A stretch of DNA of 64,000 bases from Candidatus Nomurabacteria bacterium RIFCSPLOWO2_01_FULL_41_18 (lineage in GTDB: Bacteria; Patescibacteriota; Minisyncoccia; Phycocordibacterales; UBA9973), in contig MFUZ01000006.1 of assembly GCA_001785865.1 (NCBI GenBank), forward strand, positions 45,674-109,673. The letters are read 5' to 3'. Of this stretch, positions 19,850-30,133 are shown one piece after another. How positions within the stretch are numbered: the first letter of the stretch is position 1; every line of letters starts with the position of its first letter. The translations under genes were made by a program, and so were the position numbers. The notes below the pieces were generated by a model, which saw only the letters and a program-made list of their open reading frames with translations, ran no database searches and was not told the DNA's origin.

Positions 19850-21775
19850 ATGAGCAAAATCATAGGTATAGATTTAGGTACGACAAATTCGGCAGTTGCC
19901 ATCATCGAGGGCGGTGCACCGAAAATTATAGAAAATATCGAAGGAAATCGCACTACGCCTTCTGTGGTAGCGACTGCAAAAAATGGTGACCGCGTAGTCG
20001 GGCTTTTGGCCAAGAGACAAGCGGTGACTAATCCGGAAAATACGATTGCCGAAGTAAAGCGCCTGATGGGGCATCGTTTCGATGATCCGGAAATACAAAA
20101 AGACCGCACAACTTCGCCGTTCAAGATCGACGCGGGAGACGGAGGTGGAGTCAAAGTAAAAATGTTGGATAAATTTTATCGACCGGAGGAAATTTCTGCA
20201 ATGATCCTGCAGAAAATAAAGACTGATGTCGAAGCAAAATTGGGAGAAAAAATAACCGAAGCGGTCATTACCGTGCCAGCATATTTCAACGATGCACAAA
20301 GAAAAGCCACGAAGGATGCTGGAGCTATTGCAGGACTTGATGTGAAGCGCATTATAAACGAACCGACCGCGGCAGCTTTGGCTTATGGATTTGATAAGAA
20401 GAAAAATGAAAAAATTGTAGTTTACGATTTCGGCGGGGGAACTTTTGACGTATCAGTGCTAGAAATCGGAGATGATGTCATCGAAGTGAAGTCTACAGAC
20501 GGAGACAGCCACATGGGTGGAGGAGATATCGACCGAAAAATAATAAGGTGGATAGCGGAGGAATATAAAAAGGAATCCGGAATTGATGTGACCAAGGACC
20601 CACTCGCGCACCAGAGACTCCGAGAAGCAGCTGAGAAAGCTAAACACGAGCTTTCTACCACAATGGAAGCAGAAATAAACATCCCATTTATCACTTCAGA
20701 TGCTGGAGGTCCAAAACATCTGCTCATGAAAATGTCTAGGGCGACACTGGAAACGCTTACCAAAGATCTGATCGATCGCTCTATCGAGATTACCAAGCGA
20801 GCATTAGCAGCTTCTCCATTCAAGATGAACGAAATTAATGAGATAATCATGGTCGGAGGGCAGACCAGAATGCCAGCAATCGTTTCTGCGGTAAAGAATC
20901 TTTTTAATAAGGAGCCGAATATGTCCATCAACCCGGATGAAGTCGTGGCGCTCGGAGCCGCCGTCCAGGCAGGAGTATTGCAGGGAGATGTGCGAGATGT
21001 GCTCTTACTCGATGTCATACCGCTATCTCTCGGAATTGAAACTCTAGGAGGAGTGGCTACGAAATTGATCGAAAGGAATACTACTATTCCGTCCAGCAAA
21101 TCTCAGATATTCTCGACCGCAGCCGACAATCAAACTTCAGTAGAAATACATATTGTGCAAGGAGAGCGCCCGATGGCTTCCGACAACAAATCTCTCGGAA
21201 GATTCATCTTGGATGGTGTTCCACCAGCACCACGTGGCATGCCACAGATCGAAGTAGCCTTTGATGTAGATGCGAATGGCATACTGAATGTGACCGCGAA
21301 GGATAAGGCTTCTGGCAAAACTCAATCGATCAAAATAGAGGCTAGCTCTGGACTTAAAGATGAGGAAATTAAAAAGATGCAGAAAGATGCGGAACTGCAC
21401 GCGGAGGAAGACAAAAAGAAAAAAGAAGTTGTGGATATAAAGAATACTGCTGAAATGATTATTTATACTGCTGAAAAAGCATTGAAAGACAACGAAGCAA
21501 AGATCCCTGCGGAACTCAAAGACAGTGTAAATGCAAAAATCACTGCGCTCCGAACTGCAAAAGATGGCACTGATGCGGAGGCAATCAAAAAAGCTACAGA
21601 AGAACTTTCTTCTGAAATGTCCAAAATAGGCCAAGCCATGAATCAAAATGGCGCAGGTGCTGAGCCAACTGGCGAAGCAGGGGGAAATAAAACTCCCGAA
21701 GAACAGCCCGCCGAAGTCAAAGACGCCGAATTCAAGGAAGCAAAGAAGGACGAAGGTGAAACACCTAGGTCGTAA
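19850..21775 (+). CDS. dnaK: Chaperone DnaK
   Basis: [40 protein letters not shown]. Confidence 0.99.
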   Translation: MSKIIGIDLGTTNSAVAIIEGGAPKIIENIEGNRTTPSVVATAKNGDRVVGLLAKRQAVTNPENTIAEVKRLMGHRFDDPEIQKDRTTSPFKIDAGDGGGVKVKMLDKFYRPEEISAMILQKIKTDVEAKLGEKITEAVITVPAYFNDAQRKATKDAGAIAGLDVKRIINEPTAAALAYGFDKKKNEKIVVYDFGGGTFDVSVLEIGDDVIEVKSTDGDSHMGGGDIDRKIIRWIAEEYKKESGIDVTKDPLAHQRLREAAEKAKHELSTTMEAEINIPFITSDAGGPKHLLMKMSRATLETLTKDLIDRSIEITKRALAASPFKMNEINEIIMVGGQTRMPAIVSAVKNLFNKEPNMSINPDEVVALGAAVQAGVLQGDVRDVLLLDVIPLSLGIETLGGVATKLIERNTTIPSSKSQIFSTAADNQTSVEIHIVQGERPMASDNKSLGRFILDGVPPAPRGMPQIEVAFDVDANGILNVTAKDKASGKTQSIKIEASSGLKDEEIKKMQKDAELHAEEDKKKKEVVDIKNTAEMIIYTAEKALKDNEAKIPAELKDSVNAKITALRTAKDGTDAEAIKKATEELSSEMSKIGQAMNQNGAGAEPTGEAGGNKTPEEQPAEVKDAEFKEAKKDEGETPRS

Positions 21776-21783
21776 AATTACTA

Positions 21784-21819
21784 AAAACTAAAAGCCCTCG
21801 CAAAGGGGCTTTTAGTTTT
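21784..21819 (+). terminator. Intrinsic terminator after dnaK
   Basis: aaaactaaaagccc...gggcttttagtttt. Confidence 0.85.
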
Positions 21820-21846
21820 GCCCATTTTATTGTAAAATAGTGCTAT

Positions 21847-24027
21847 ATGGATTTTCCAGACATACCTACCAATAAGGAGATAACTTATCTTGGAATTACC
21901 ACTTATCGGGACAAGAACCAGCTTTTTGGTATCAAGCGCAAAGACAGGCGCCAGCATGTTTATATTCTCGGAAAGTCCGGTACCGGTAAATCTGTGCTCA
22001 TGTTCAACATGATAATACAGAATATTAAGAATGGCGACGGAGTCTGCATGGTTGACCCGCACGGAGAAAATGTAGAAGCCATACTTTCGGCTATTCCTCC
22101 ACATCGCGTAAAAGACGTGGTTTACTTCAATCCTGCCGATGCAGACCATCACATAGGCTTCAATGTCCTCGAATTGATCGACCCCCAGTACAAGCATCTG
22201 GTAGCTTCTGGGTTGATGGGCATCTTTACGAAGATCTGGGCGAACGCCTGGAGCGCGAGAATGGAATACATTTTGAACAATGCGATCTTGGCCCTCCTCG
22301 ATACTCCGGGCACGACTCTTCTTGGTATTCCCAGAATGTTGGTGGACAAAGATTATCGGCAGAAAATAATTTCAAATCTGAAGGATCCGGTTATCAAGGC
22401 CTTCTGGGTGCATGAGTACGAAGCTTGGCAGGATAAATTCAGGAATGAAGCTATCGCTCCGATCCAAAACAAAGTCGGCCAGTTTCTTTCTACTTCCATT
22501 ATACGAAACGTCGTCGGTCAATCGAAGAGTACGATCAATATCTTTGACATGATGAACGAGGGCAAGATCTTTCTTGTGAATGTGTCAAAAGGGCGTATCG
22601 GCGAAGACAACTCGAGCTTACTCGGAGGCATGATTATCACCAAGATCCAGCTAGCCGCCATGGAGCGCGTGCGTATTCCGGAAGAATCTCGTAAAGACTT
22701 TTATCTTTATGTTGACGAATTCCAAAACTTCGTGACGGATGCTTTTGCTGGTATTTTATCTGAGGCTAGAAAATACAGGCTGAATTTGACTGTGGCGCAC
22801 CAGTACACTGCTCAGCTGGTGGTGGATAAAAGTTCGGCAGTGCGTGATGCAGTGTTTGGCAACGTCGGTACCATGATCGTGTTTCGGGTGGGCTCGGATG
22901 ATGCGGAATTTCTCGAATCAGAATTCGATCCCGAGTTCACTCCGCAGGACATAGTGAATCTGCCGAACTACAAGGTTTATCTGAAACTCATGATAGATGG
23001 CGTGACGTCCCGTCCTTTTTCAGCAAAAACTCTGCCGCAAATGGTGAAGTCTGGAAACAGGGAAATAGAAGAAGAAGTGATACGATCTTCTCGCGCGCTG
23101 TATTGCCGAAGCAAGGAAATCGTGGAGAGAGAGATAAATGACTGGAGCGGGATGTCGCTCGGCAATGATACCGACATGGGAAGCGGAGCTTTGGAGAAAT
23201 TTCCCGTAATTTGTTCCAATTGCAAAAAAGAAACAACCGTGCCTTTTAAGCCCGAACCAGGACGTCCAGTTTATTGCAAAGAATGTATTGCAAAAATAAA
23301 GTCTGGGGAAATAAAAGTTACAAAAGGTTCTGAAAATCAGATCAAGCATGACGAAACCACTTTTTTCCAGCCTCTCGCTGATTTAGGCATAGAGTTCCAG
23401 CAGAAAGACAGGGTGAAGGGTGAAGAAAAGGAAAGGTACCCGGAAAGAGTCGAGAAAAAAAAGAGCCCGACTTTTTCTGCTTCTCCTCTGCCGAACAAGT
23501 CGTTAGCCTCGGAAGCATCTCAAAGCAAACCGGGCCTATTTAGAACGATTAAAAAAGTTTTCAATAAAAGCGCCCCGTCCGTGCCGGCGAGTACTGCTCC
23601 AAAAGGAGGAGAGCCGCGAACTTTACCAGCACCCGCAAAAATTTTCCAAAGATCAGAGAGGCCTAATCAACCAAATACCAAGGAAAATGTCGCCTTGAGA
23701 GAAATATTAAATAAAGTGGTTGCCAAACCGCCTACTCAAAATGCGAACCAGCCTGTTTCAGCTCCTGTGCCCCCTCCTGCACCGGCTCCAGTTTCGCTCG
23801 ATACTCTTAAAAACCTGCCTGCGCAGGCAGGTAAAATTCTTAATCTGCCTTCTAAAGATCGCGCAGCGAGTTCTGAAGATATGAATAAGCTGAAGAACCT
23901 TATCCTAGAGAAAGAAAAAACTCCTACTCCTACTACCCCTGGCCCCGCACCCGCTTCGGCTTCTACTCCTATTCCTCAAAAACCAAAAGAAGTTCCGGAA
24001 GATGTTTTAAGAAAAATTTTGGAGTAA
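21847..24027 (+). CDS. VirD4/TraD/HerA-like P-loop ATPase with CxxC-x17-CxxC domain and Pro-rich tail
   Basis: Walker A GKSGTGKS; DPHG; Walker B LYVDEFQNF; SEARKY.LNLT.AHQY; CSNC-x17-CKEC at 23212-23286. Confidence 0.85.
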   Translation: MDFPDIPTNKEITYLGITTYRDKNQLFGIKRKDRRQHVYILGKSGTGKSVLMFNMIIQNIKNGDGVCMVDPHGENVEAILSAIPPHRVKDVVYFNPADADHHIGFNVLELIDPQYKHLVASGLMGIFTKIWANAWSARMEYILNNAILALLDTPGTTLLGIPRMLVDKDYRQKIISNLKDPVIKAFWVHEYEAWQDKFRNEAIAPIQNKVGQFLSTSIIRNVVGQSKSTINIFDMMNEGKIFLVNVSKGRIGEDNSSLLGGMIITKIQLAAMERVRIPEESRKDFYLYVDEFQNFVTDAFAGILSEARKYRLNLTVAHQYTAQLVVDKSSAVRDAVFGNVGTMIVFRVGSDDAEFLESEFDPEFTPQDIVNLPNYKVYLKLMIDGVTSRPFSAKTLPQMVKSGNREIEEEVIRSSRALYCRSKEIVEREINDWSGMSLGNDTDMGSGALEKFPVICSNCKKETTVPFKPEPGRPVYCKECIAKIKSGEIKVTKGSENQIKHDETTFFQPLADLGIEFQQKDRVKGEEKERYPERVEKKKSPTFSASPLPNKSLASEASQSKPGLFRTIKKVFNKSAPSVPASTAPKGGEPRTLPAPAKIFQRSERPNQPNTKENVALREILNKVVAKPPTQNANQPVSAPVPPPAPAPVSLDTLKNLPAQAGKILNLPSKDRAASSEDMNKLKNLILEKEKTPTPTTPGPAPASASTPIPQKPKEVPEDVLRKILE

Positions 24028-24037
24028 ATTTGTTGAA

Positions 24038-25708
24038 ATGAATCAAGAAACTAAAAATTGTAAAAAGTGCAAGCAAGATTTTGTCTTAGATCAGAATGAT
24101 TTAGGTTTTTATGAAAAAATGAAAGTGCCCGTACCAAAAATTTGTCCGAACTGCCGTTTCAAGATGCGGGCGATGTTTAGAAATGAAACCACACTTTATT
24201 CTGGACGCAAATGCGCACTTTGTAATAATAATGTTATTTCAATGTATAATCCAAAATCTCCTTATGCTATCTATTGCTATAGATGTTTTTATTCTTCCAA
24301 GTGGGAAGCGAGGGATTATGCGATGGATTATGATGAAAAGAGATCTTTTATAGAACAGTTTGGTGAGTTACTCAAAAAAGTTCCCAAAATTACAACTTTC
24401 TTGTCAACTGGTTATGGTCTTAATGTAAATAGCGAATATTCGAATATGGCGAGTGGTTGCAAAAATTGCTATTTAGTTTTTAACACTGGGCCAGCGGAAG
24501 AAGTCTTGTACGCCCGGGGAATTAGAGATTGTCGTGACTGTGTTGATATGTATTTCGGAGTAAATGATGAACGTTGTTATGAATGTATAAATGTCCACCA
24601 GTCTTCCGGTATCCTCTCCGGTAAAAATGTTAATGGATCTGTAGATTGCTGTTTTGTGTTAAATTGTCGAAATGTGATGAATTGTTTTGGATGTGTGAAT
24701 TTAAATAATAAATCACACCATTTTTTAAATCAACCGATGTCGGGAGAAGAATACAAGAAAAAAGTAAGTGAAATTTTAGGTAGCTATAAAAAAACTGAAG
24801 AATTTAGAAAACAATTTGAAAAATTTACATTACAATTTCCAATGCGTGAGAATAATAATATAAAAACTACTAATTCAACTGGAGATTATTTGTTTGAGTG
24901 TAAAAATGTAAGAGATTCTTTCGAAATTACGAAAAGCGAAGATTGTCGCTACTTGTATTCTTCTAAAGAAATTAGGGATTCTGTTGGCACTATCGGTTAT
25001 GGGGTAAATTCGGAATGCTTATTGGAGGTAGTGGCTTCTGGACAATCCAGTAACTGCATAGGTTCTTATGGCCTCGAACACTCCAGTGATATTTTATATG
25101 GATTTTATACTTCCAAATGCCAAGACTGCATTGGTTGTGATGGGCTGAAAAATGGAAAATATTTTATTTTAAATAAACAATATGAACAAGCTGAATACGA
25201 GAGGCTCAGAGAAAAAATTATTCAAGAACTAAAAGAAAAAGATTTATATGGATTGATGATACCGCCAGAACTTGCCCCCTTTGCCTACAATGAAACGATT
25301 GCGCAAGACAGTATGCCTCTCACCAAGGAAGAAGCTTTGGCGCAGGGTTTTCGTTGGGAAGAAGACATACAAAAGACAGAAGGAAAGGAAACAGTTGATC
25401 CGGAAAACATTTCGGACCATATAAAAGATGTAAAAGATTCTATAACCAACGAGATTTTAAGATGTATAGATTGCAATAGAAACTATAAAATCATAGATCA
25501 AGAGCTTATGTTTTACAGGAAAATGAATATTCCGCTTCCTAGAAAGTGTTTTTATTGTAGGCACCGGGATCGTATTGTCAAACGTGGCCCATACAAATTC
25601 TGGAATAGGAATTGTGCAAAATGCAATATGGAGATTATGACAAATTATTCACCTGAAAGACCAGAAATTGTATACTGCGAGAAATGTTATCAGCAGGAAG
25701 TTTATTAG
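24038..25708 (+). CDS. Cys-rich multi-zinc-ribbon protein, paralog 5
   Basis: Same architecture; CALC-x17-CYRC and CAKC-x17-CEKC; ends CYQQEVY. Confidence 0.85.
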   Translation: MNQETKNCKKCKQDFVLDQNDLGFYEKMKVPVPKICPNCRFKMRAMFRNETTLYSGRKCALCNNNVISMYNPKSPYAIYCYRCFYSSKWEARDYAMDYDEKRSFIEQFGELLKKVPKITTFLSTGYGLNVNSEYSNMASGCKNCYLVFNTGPAEEVLYARGIRDCRDCVDMYFGVNDERCYECINVHQSSGILSGKNVNGSVDCCFVLNCRNVMNCFGCVNLNNKSHHFLNQPMSGEEYKKKVSEILGSYKKTEEFRKQFEKFTLQFPMRENNNIKTTNSTGDYLFECKNVRDSFEITKSEDCRYLYSSKEIRDSVGTIGYGVNSECLLEVVASGQSSNCIGSYGLEHSSDILYGFYTSKCQDCIGCDGLKNGKYFILNKQYEQAEYERLREKIIQELKEKDLYGLMIPPELAPFAYNETIAQDSMPLTKEEALAQGFRWEEDIQKTEGKETVDPENISDHIKDVKDSITNEILRCIDCNRNYKIIDQELMFYRKMNIPLPRKCFYCRHRDRIVKRGPYKFWNRNCAKCNMEIMTNYSPERPEIVYCEKCYQQEVY

Positions 25709-25732
25709 GTTTTATGTTAAAATAATCCCTAT

Positions 25733-27277
25733 ATGCCAAAGCCAAATCGAGTCCAAATAATCAAATACGGACCGCCGCCGCCAGAGCTGCCCGTGTTCGG
25801 CAAGGTCAAACCGGAGGAAGTTTCTTTTATTGGACGGACCAACTACGTAGCAGCTCTCGAGGAAAAGAAATTTATTTTCGGAATCAAGAGAATAGACCGC
25901 AGACGCCATCTATATATTATCGGTAAGTCCGGCGTGGGCAAGACCAAGCTTCTAGAGTTAATGCTCCGCCAAGACATCACCTATGACCACGGGCTTTGCT
26001 TGATCGACCCACACGGGGACGTGATAGAGGCGATGCTCGACTATATTCCCAAAGAACGCATCGATGATGTCTGTATCATCGACCCTACTGATCTTGATTT
26101 TCCGGCGTCTTTCAATCCACTTGCCAATGTGGACCCATTATTTAAGTTTCAATTGACCCAAGGCCTGATCGAGGTCTTCCAGAAGCAATTCGGGGCAAAT
26201 TGGACACCACGTCTCGAACACGTCTTTCGCTTTACCTGTCTCGCTCTGCTCGACTATCCGCACGCCACCATGCGGGGAATGATTTCGATGCTGACCGATC
26301 GAAACTACCGACAGAAAGTGGTGGAATATATCACCGACGACATGGTCAAAAGATTCTTCGCAATCGAATTTGCCGATTGGTCGGAGAAATTCGACACCGA
26401 CGCCATCATTCCTTTGGTGAACAAGCTCGGGCAATTCCTATCTGATCCCTTACTACGAAACATATTCGGACAGAAGCAGAACAAGATAGATATAAGTAAA
26501 TTAATGAATGAGGAAAAGATTGTCCTCATCAATCTCTCAAAGGGCCGCTTGGGCGAAGAAAATTCTTCATTTCTCGGTTCCATATTCCTGACAAAAATAA
26601 AACAGGCCGGAATGGAGCGTGCCGCTATACCCGAGAAGGACCGTAAGGATTTTTATATCTATGTCGACGAGTTCCAAAACGTAGTGACTCAGACTTTTGA
26701 AAATATTTTGTCGGAGGCGAGAAAGTACGGGCTCAACCTCACCATGGCTCATCAGTATGTGGGGCAGATCATTACCAAAGTCCACCAAGCGGTGCTCGGA
26801 AACTGTGGTAGCATTATCACTTTCCGCGTCGGCGGAGAAGATGCGGTGAAATTGAAGCCGGAATTTGCACCCCTGTTTGATGTGAAGGATATGATCAACC
26901 TTGCGGTAGCGGAATTTTATATCAAGATGACCATCGATGGAGAGTCTTACGATCCATTTTCAGCTGAGACACTCCGAGTCTTGCCACCGACGCATCCTTC
27001 ATATAGAAAAGAAATAATCGATGCTTCTCATAAAAAATATTCAATATCCAAACATGATGCCGCGAGGCTGATCGCTGAAGAAGAGGCGACAATAATCAGA
27101 AGCGCAGAAGAAAAAGCGATAATTGAAGGAAGAGCGAAAAGAAAGGAAAAAGAAGCTAAATCCAGCGAAGCTGGATCGCCCGACGATTCTGAAGAATCGT
27201 TTAGGGAAAATGAAACTGTAGAAAAACGAAAGACGAAAGAGAATAAAACTTCCCAAGAGGCCGAGCCTATGATATAA
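25733..27277 (+). CDS. VirD4/TraD/HerA-like P-loop ATPase, paralog 2
   Basis: RRRHLYIIGKSGVGKT; DPHG; YVDEFQN; SEARKYGLNLTMAHQY. Confidence 0.85.
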   Translation: MPKPNRVQIIKYGPPPPELPVFGKVKPEEVSFIGRTNYVAALEEKKFIFGIKRIDRRRHLYIIGKSGVGKTKLLELMLRQDITYDHGLCLIDPHGDVIEAMLDYIPKERIDDVCIIDPTDLDFPASFNPLANVDPLFKFQLTQGLIEVFQKQFGANWTPRLEHVFRFTCLALLDYPHATMRGMISMLTDRNYRQKVVEYITDDMVKRFFAIEFADWSEKFDTDAIIPLVNKLGQFLSDPLLRNIFGQKQNKIDISKLMNEEKIVLINLSKGRLGEENSSFLGSIFLTKIKQAGMERAAIPEKDRKDFYIYVDEFQNVVTQTFENILSEARKYGLNLTMAHQYVGQIITKVHQAVLGNCGSIITFRVGGEDAVKLKPEFAPLFDVKDMINLAVAEFYIKMTIDGESYDPFSAETLRVLPPTHPSYRKEIIDASHKKYSISKHDAARLIAEEEATIIRSAEEKAIIEGRAKRKEKEAKSSEAGSPDDSEESFRENETVEKRKTKENKTSQEAEPMI

Positions 27278-27292
27278 TGGCTAAATAACCTT

Positions 27293-28402
27293 ATGAATAA
27301 AGACTATTACAACATTTTAGGTGTAAATAAAAGCGCTTCCAAAGACGAAATAAAAAAGGCTTTTTATAAGCTGGCACACAAATATCATCCTGATAAAAAG
27401 GAGGGTAACGAATCAAAATTCAAGGAAGTGAATGAGGCTTATCAGGTGCTTTCGGACGAAGGGAAACGGGCAAAATATGATCAATTCGGATCAGGTTTTG
27501 AGAATGCGCAAGGGTTCGGCGGAGGGCAAGGAGGATTTGGAGGCTTCGACGGGGCAGGCTTTGGAGGATTTCAAGGTGCAAATGTGGATTTTGATTTCGG
27601 AAACCTGAATGATATCTTTAGCGATTTCTTTTCCGCCGGAGGCGGACCAGCCTCTGGCTGGGGAGGTAATAAGGCTCGTCGCGGCCGAGACATCTCGACC
27701 GAGATCCAGATTTCTTTTTCTGATTCTATTTTTGGCATAAGCAGAAAAATTCTTATCACTAAGACATCTAATTGTCTTACTTGCCACGGTTCTAGCGCGA
27801 AGGCGGGTTCGGGAATGGTAACTTGTAAAACTTGCAATGGTCAAGGACAGATTCGTGAATCAAAAAGAACAATATTTGGAAATATTGCGAATACAAAGAT
27901 TTGTGAGGCTTGTCTAGGTGCTGGTGAAGTGCCGAAGGAGGCTTGCGAGACCTGTCGCGGCAAAGGAGTCATGCGCCGGGAAGAAGAAGTTGATATCAGC
28001 ATCCCTGCCGGTATACGAGACGGAGAGATGATCCGGATGTCGGGTTATGGCGAGGCTGTTTCCAAAGGAACAGCAGGAGACCTTTATATCAAGATAAACG
28101 TTGCCCCGCACCCTGTCTTCAAACGCGATGGCCACGACATCGTAATGAATCTGAATTTGAAACTTTCTGACGCACTCCTCGGGACAAAATATCCAATAGA
28201 AACTCTGGATGGACATATCGAAGTGACTATTCCTGAAGGCGTGGGGATAAACGAAGTTCTTCGAGTGAAAGGCAAAGGTGTGCCGATGGGGGCGAAAAAT
28301 AAGCGCGGCGACCTCCTTATCAAACTCAACATCAAACTTCCTTCAAAAATTTCTCGCAAATCTCGCGAACTTATAGCTGAACTCAAAAAGGAAGGAATAT
28401 AG
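27293..28402 (+). CDS. dnaJ: Chaperone DnaJ
   Basis: J-domain HPD; G/F-rich region; four CxxCxGxG-like motifs. Confidence 0.98.
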   Translation: MNKDYYNILGVNKSASKDEIKKAFYKLAHKYHPDKKEGNESKFKEVNEAYQVLSDEGKRAKYDQFGSGFENAQGFGGGQGGFGGFDGAGFGGFQGANVDFDFGNLNDIFSDFFSAGGGPASGWGGNKARRGRDISTEIQISFSDSIFGISRKILITKTSNCLTCHGSSAKAGSGMVTCKTCNGQGQIRESKRTIFGNIANTKICEACLGAGEVPKEACETCRGKGVMRREEEVDISIPAGIRDGEMIRMSGYGEAVSKGTAGDLYIKINVAPHPVFKRDGHDIVMNLNLKLSDALLGTKYPIETLDGHIEVTIPEGVGINEVLRVKGKGVPMGAKNKRGDLLIKLNIKLPSKISRKSRELIAELKKEGI

Positions 28403-28406
28403 CTCC

Positions 28407-28979
28407 ATGCTACCAGAGAATATTATATATATCGGGGTGGTGGTAGGTCTAGTATCCATCTTTCTTTACATTAAAAATATTTTTTTTGGCACTACTCGAC
28501 CAAATCTAGTTTCTTGGACTCTATGGCTACTCGGCCCATTTCTCGGTGTATTTTTTCAACTTAAAGCCGGAGCAGGGCTCTCGGTATTGCCTGTGTTCAT
28601 GGCTGGCTTTGGACCATTGCTGGTAGTTATATTTTCAATTTTTAGGAAAAACTCCTACTGGAAACTGAGTACGTTTGATATATTTTGCGGAATATTTTCT
28701 ATACTTGCATTAGTATTGTATGCATTGACTCACAATCTAGCAGTATCAATTATTTTTGCAATACTAAGCGATCTATTGGCCTTTGTACCTACTTATATAA
28801 AAGGGTGGAAATTTCCAGAATCTGAAACATCTTCTGTTTACATCACAGGTCTTTTTAATAATATTTTAGGTTTACTAATTATCAAAAATTGGTCTTTTAC
28901 CATCTATTCGTTCGGTTTGTATCTAATAATTGCGAATATTGTAATGATTTACTTTTTATATCGCAAAAAGATTTTTTAA
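28407..28979 (+). CDS. Hypothetical multi-pass membrane protein
   Basis: Hydrophobic 190-aa ORF with TRPN.VSW and PT..K.W..P.SE motifs. Confidence 0.7.
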   Translation: MLPENIIYIGVVVGLVSIFLYIKNIFFGTTRPNLVSWTLWLLGPFLGVFFQLKAGAGLSVLPVFMAGFGPLLVVIFSIFRKNSYWKLSTFDIFCGIFSILALVLYALTHNLAVSIIFAILSDLLAFVPTYIKGWKFPESETSSVYITGLFNNILGLLIIKNWSFTIYSFGLYLIIANIVMIYFLYRKKIF

Positions 28980-29013
28980 ACAACAATTTCTCCGTAATCT
29001 GTTTTTACCCCCT

Positions 29014-29068
29014 AAAACACCCTAATCCTGTAAGAATCGTGCTGATTTTGATGGGATAGGGTGATTTT
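29014..29068. repeat. Dispersed ~55-bp hairpin repeat, copy 1
   Basis: Shares gctgattttgatgggatagg (20 bp exact) and its flanks with 33114-33168. Confidence 0.8.
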
Positions 29069-29158
29069 TGCAGAGAGTTCCGTGTTGACTTTCTTGTAGG
29101 CAATGCTAGATTATCAATAAGAAACCGTTCAAAAAACCAAAACGAAAGGCAATGTTCT

Positions 29159-30085
29159 ATGAAAATTTTAGATGTTGGCCCAGGCCAGATCGGGAATGAG
29201 CTTGCCTTACAGGCTCACGGAAGGGGTCACACGACCTCTTTCTTCGGACGAAACGATCCGAAAAACACATTCCGCCAGAGAGCGGAGGAGAGTGATGTCG
29301 TGGCTATCACAATCCCTAGCGAAGGTGGGGGTGACGATGAAGTTTTCTACGCACTTGAAAGTCTTGCGGCGGGCAAACCTGTTGCAATCGCGGCAAAGTG
29401 TGCAAATGCTTACCAGTCTGAAAAGATCAAACCCCATCTTTCGCAAATGGGTATAACCACCACAGCGGGAGGGCCGAGTGGAATGCTTAACCTTATCTTG
29501 ACGCCACAGCTTGGCCTCAGGAAGATCGTGACAATTCCAAACGGAACCCTTTGCTTCATGTTCAGCCGAACAGCAGAGGGGGTGCCTTGGGAGCAGGCTT
29601 TGGAAGAGGCTACCAAGGAAGGGCTTACCGAGGGTGGATCTGGTTTGGAAGAAGTGTTCCGTGGAGAGACATGGGATACGATCTTGAAAACGTCAGGCAT
29701 CGGAAATCTTGCAGGGATCTTTCGAGAGCCTTTGATTCCGGACGAGTTCAGCACTTCGATACTTAGCAAGACGGAAATCTTGCGATTACTCGGAGCAAAA
29801 AAATTCCGTTTCATCGTACGGATGGTTAAACAGCCAAGAAGCAAAACCTATTCGTGCTTTCCGGGATTTTATGTTCGGAAAGAAGGTTGGGACATCATTG
29901 GTGAATTCGCGGAGCCGGATCAGTCTGAGTTTCTTGGCAATGTTCCGTGTGGCAAGCAAAACACGCTCATCACCTGGAACTACGCTGGCAGGAACCAAAT
30001 CACCGGCGACGGCGCCGGAATCAAAGCAACTGCGAGTACATTGCTCGGAGAGCTCGAGTGGCTTCATGCAAATCGAAAAAACTAA
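29159..30085 (+). CDS. Homoserine dehydrogenase-like protein (divergent, no ACT domain)
   Basis: Rossmann GPGQIG; LAAGKPVAIAAK; IPNGT; ALEEATKEGLTE...DTILK; G.GAG..ATAS. Confidence 0.75.
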   Translation: MKILDVGPGQIGNELALQAHGRGHTTSFFGRNDPKNTFRQRAEESDVVAITIPSEGGGDDEVFYALESLAAGKPVAIAAKCANAYQSEKIKPHLSQMGITTTAGGPSGMLNLILTPQLGLRKIVTIPNGTLCFMFSRTAEGVPWEQALEEATKEGLTEGGSGLEEVFRGETWDTILKTSGIGNLAGIFREPLIPDEFSTSILSKTEILRLLGAKKFRFIVRMVKQPRSKTYSCFPGFYVRKEGWDIIGEFAEPDQSEFLGNVPCGKQNTLITWNYAGRNQITGDGAGIKATASTLLGELEWLHANRKN

Positions 30086-30133
30086 CAACAACATCAGCTA
30101 ACAACAAAACCTTAACGAAAGGAGGATAACATC

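Noticed and set aside
9974..21099. Long antisense ORFs (e.g. 9974-10642, 20422-21099)
   Set aside because: They are shadows of conserved sense genes (rpoA/rplQ, dnaK) with no recognisable motifs.
12226..25708. Cys-rich paralogs as DGR targets or integron cassettes
   Set aside because: No reverse transcriptase, no TR/VR pair with adenine-specific differences, no integrase, and the spacers do not share an attC consensus.
12226..25708. Multiheme cytochrome or polyferredoxin interpretation
   Set aside because: No signal peptide and only sporadic CxxCH; the CxxCxxC runs lack the ferredoxin CxxCxxCxxxCP pattern. Fe-S binding is not strictly excluded.
21847..27277. Integrated conjugative element
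   Set aside because: No relaxase, integrase, VirB channel genes or att repeats are visible.
28980..29158. Thr/Ile leader peptide upstream of the homoserine dehydrogenase-like gene
   Set aside because: No uORF with clustered Thr, Ile or Met codons and no terminator between the promoter and the ATG.
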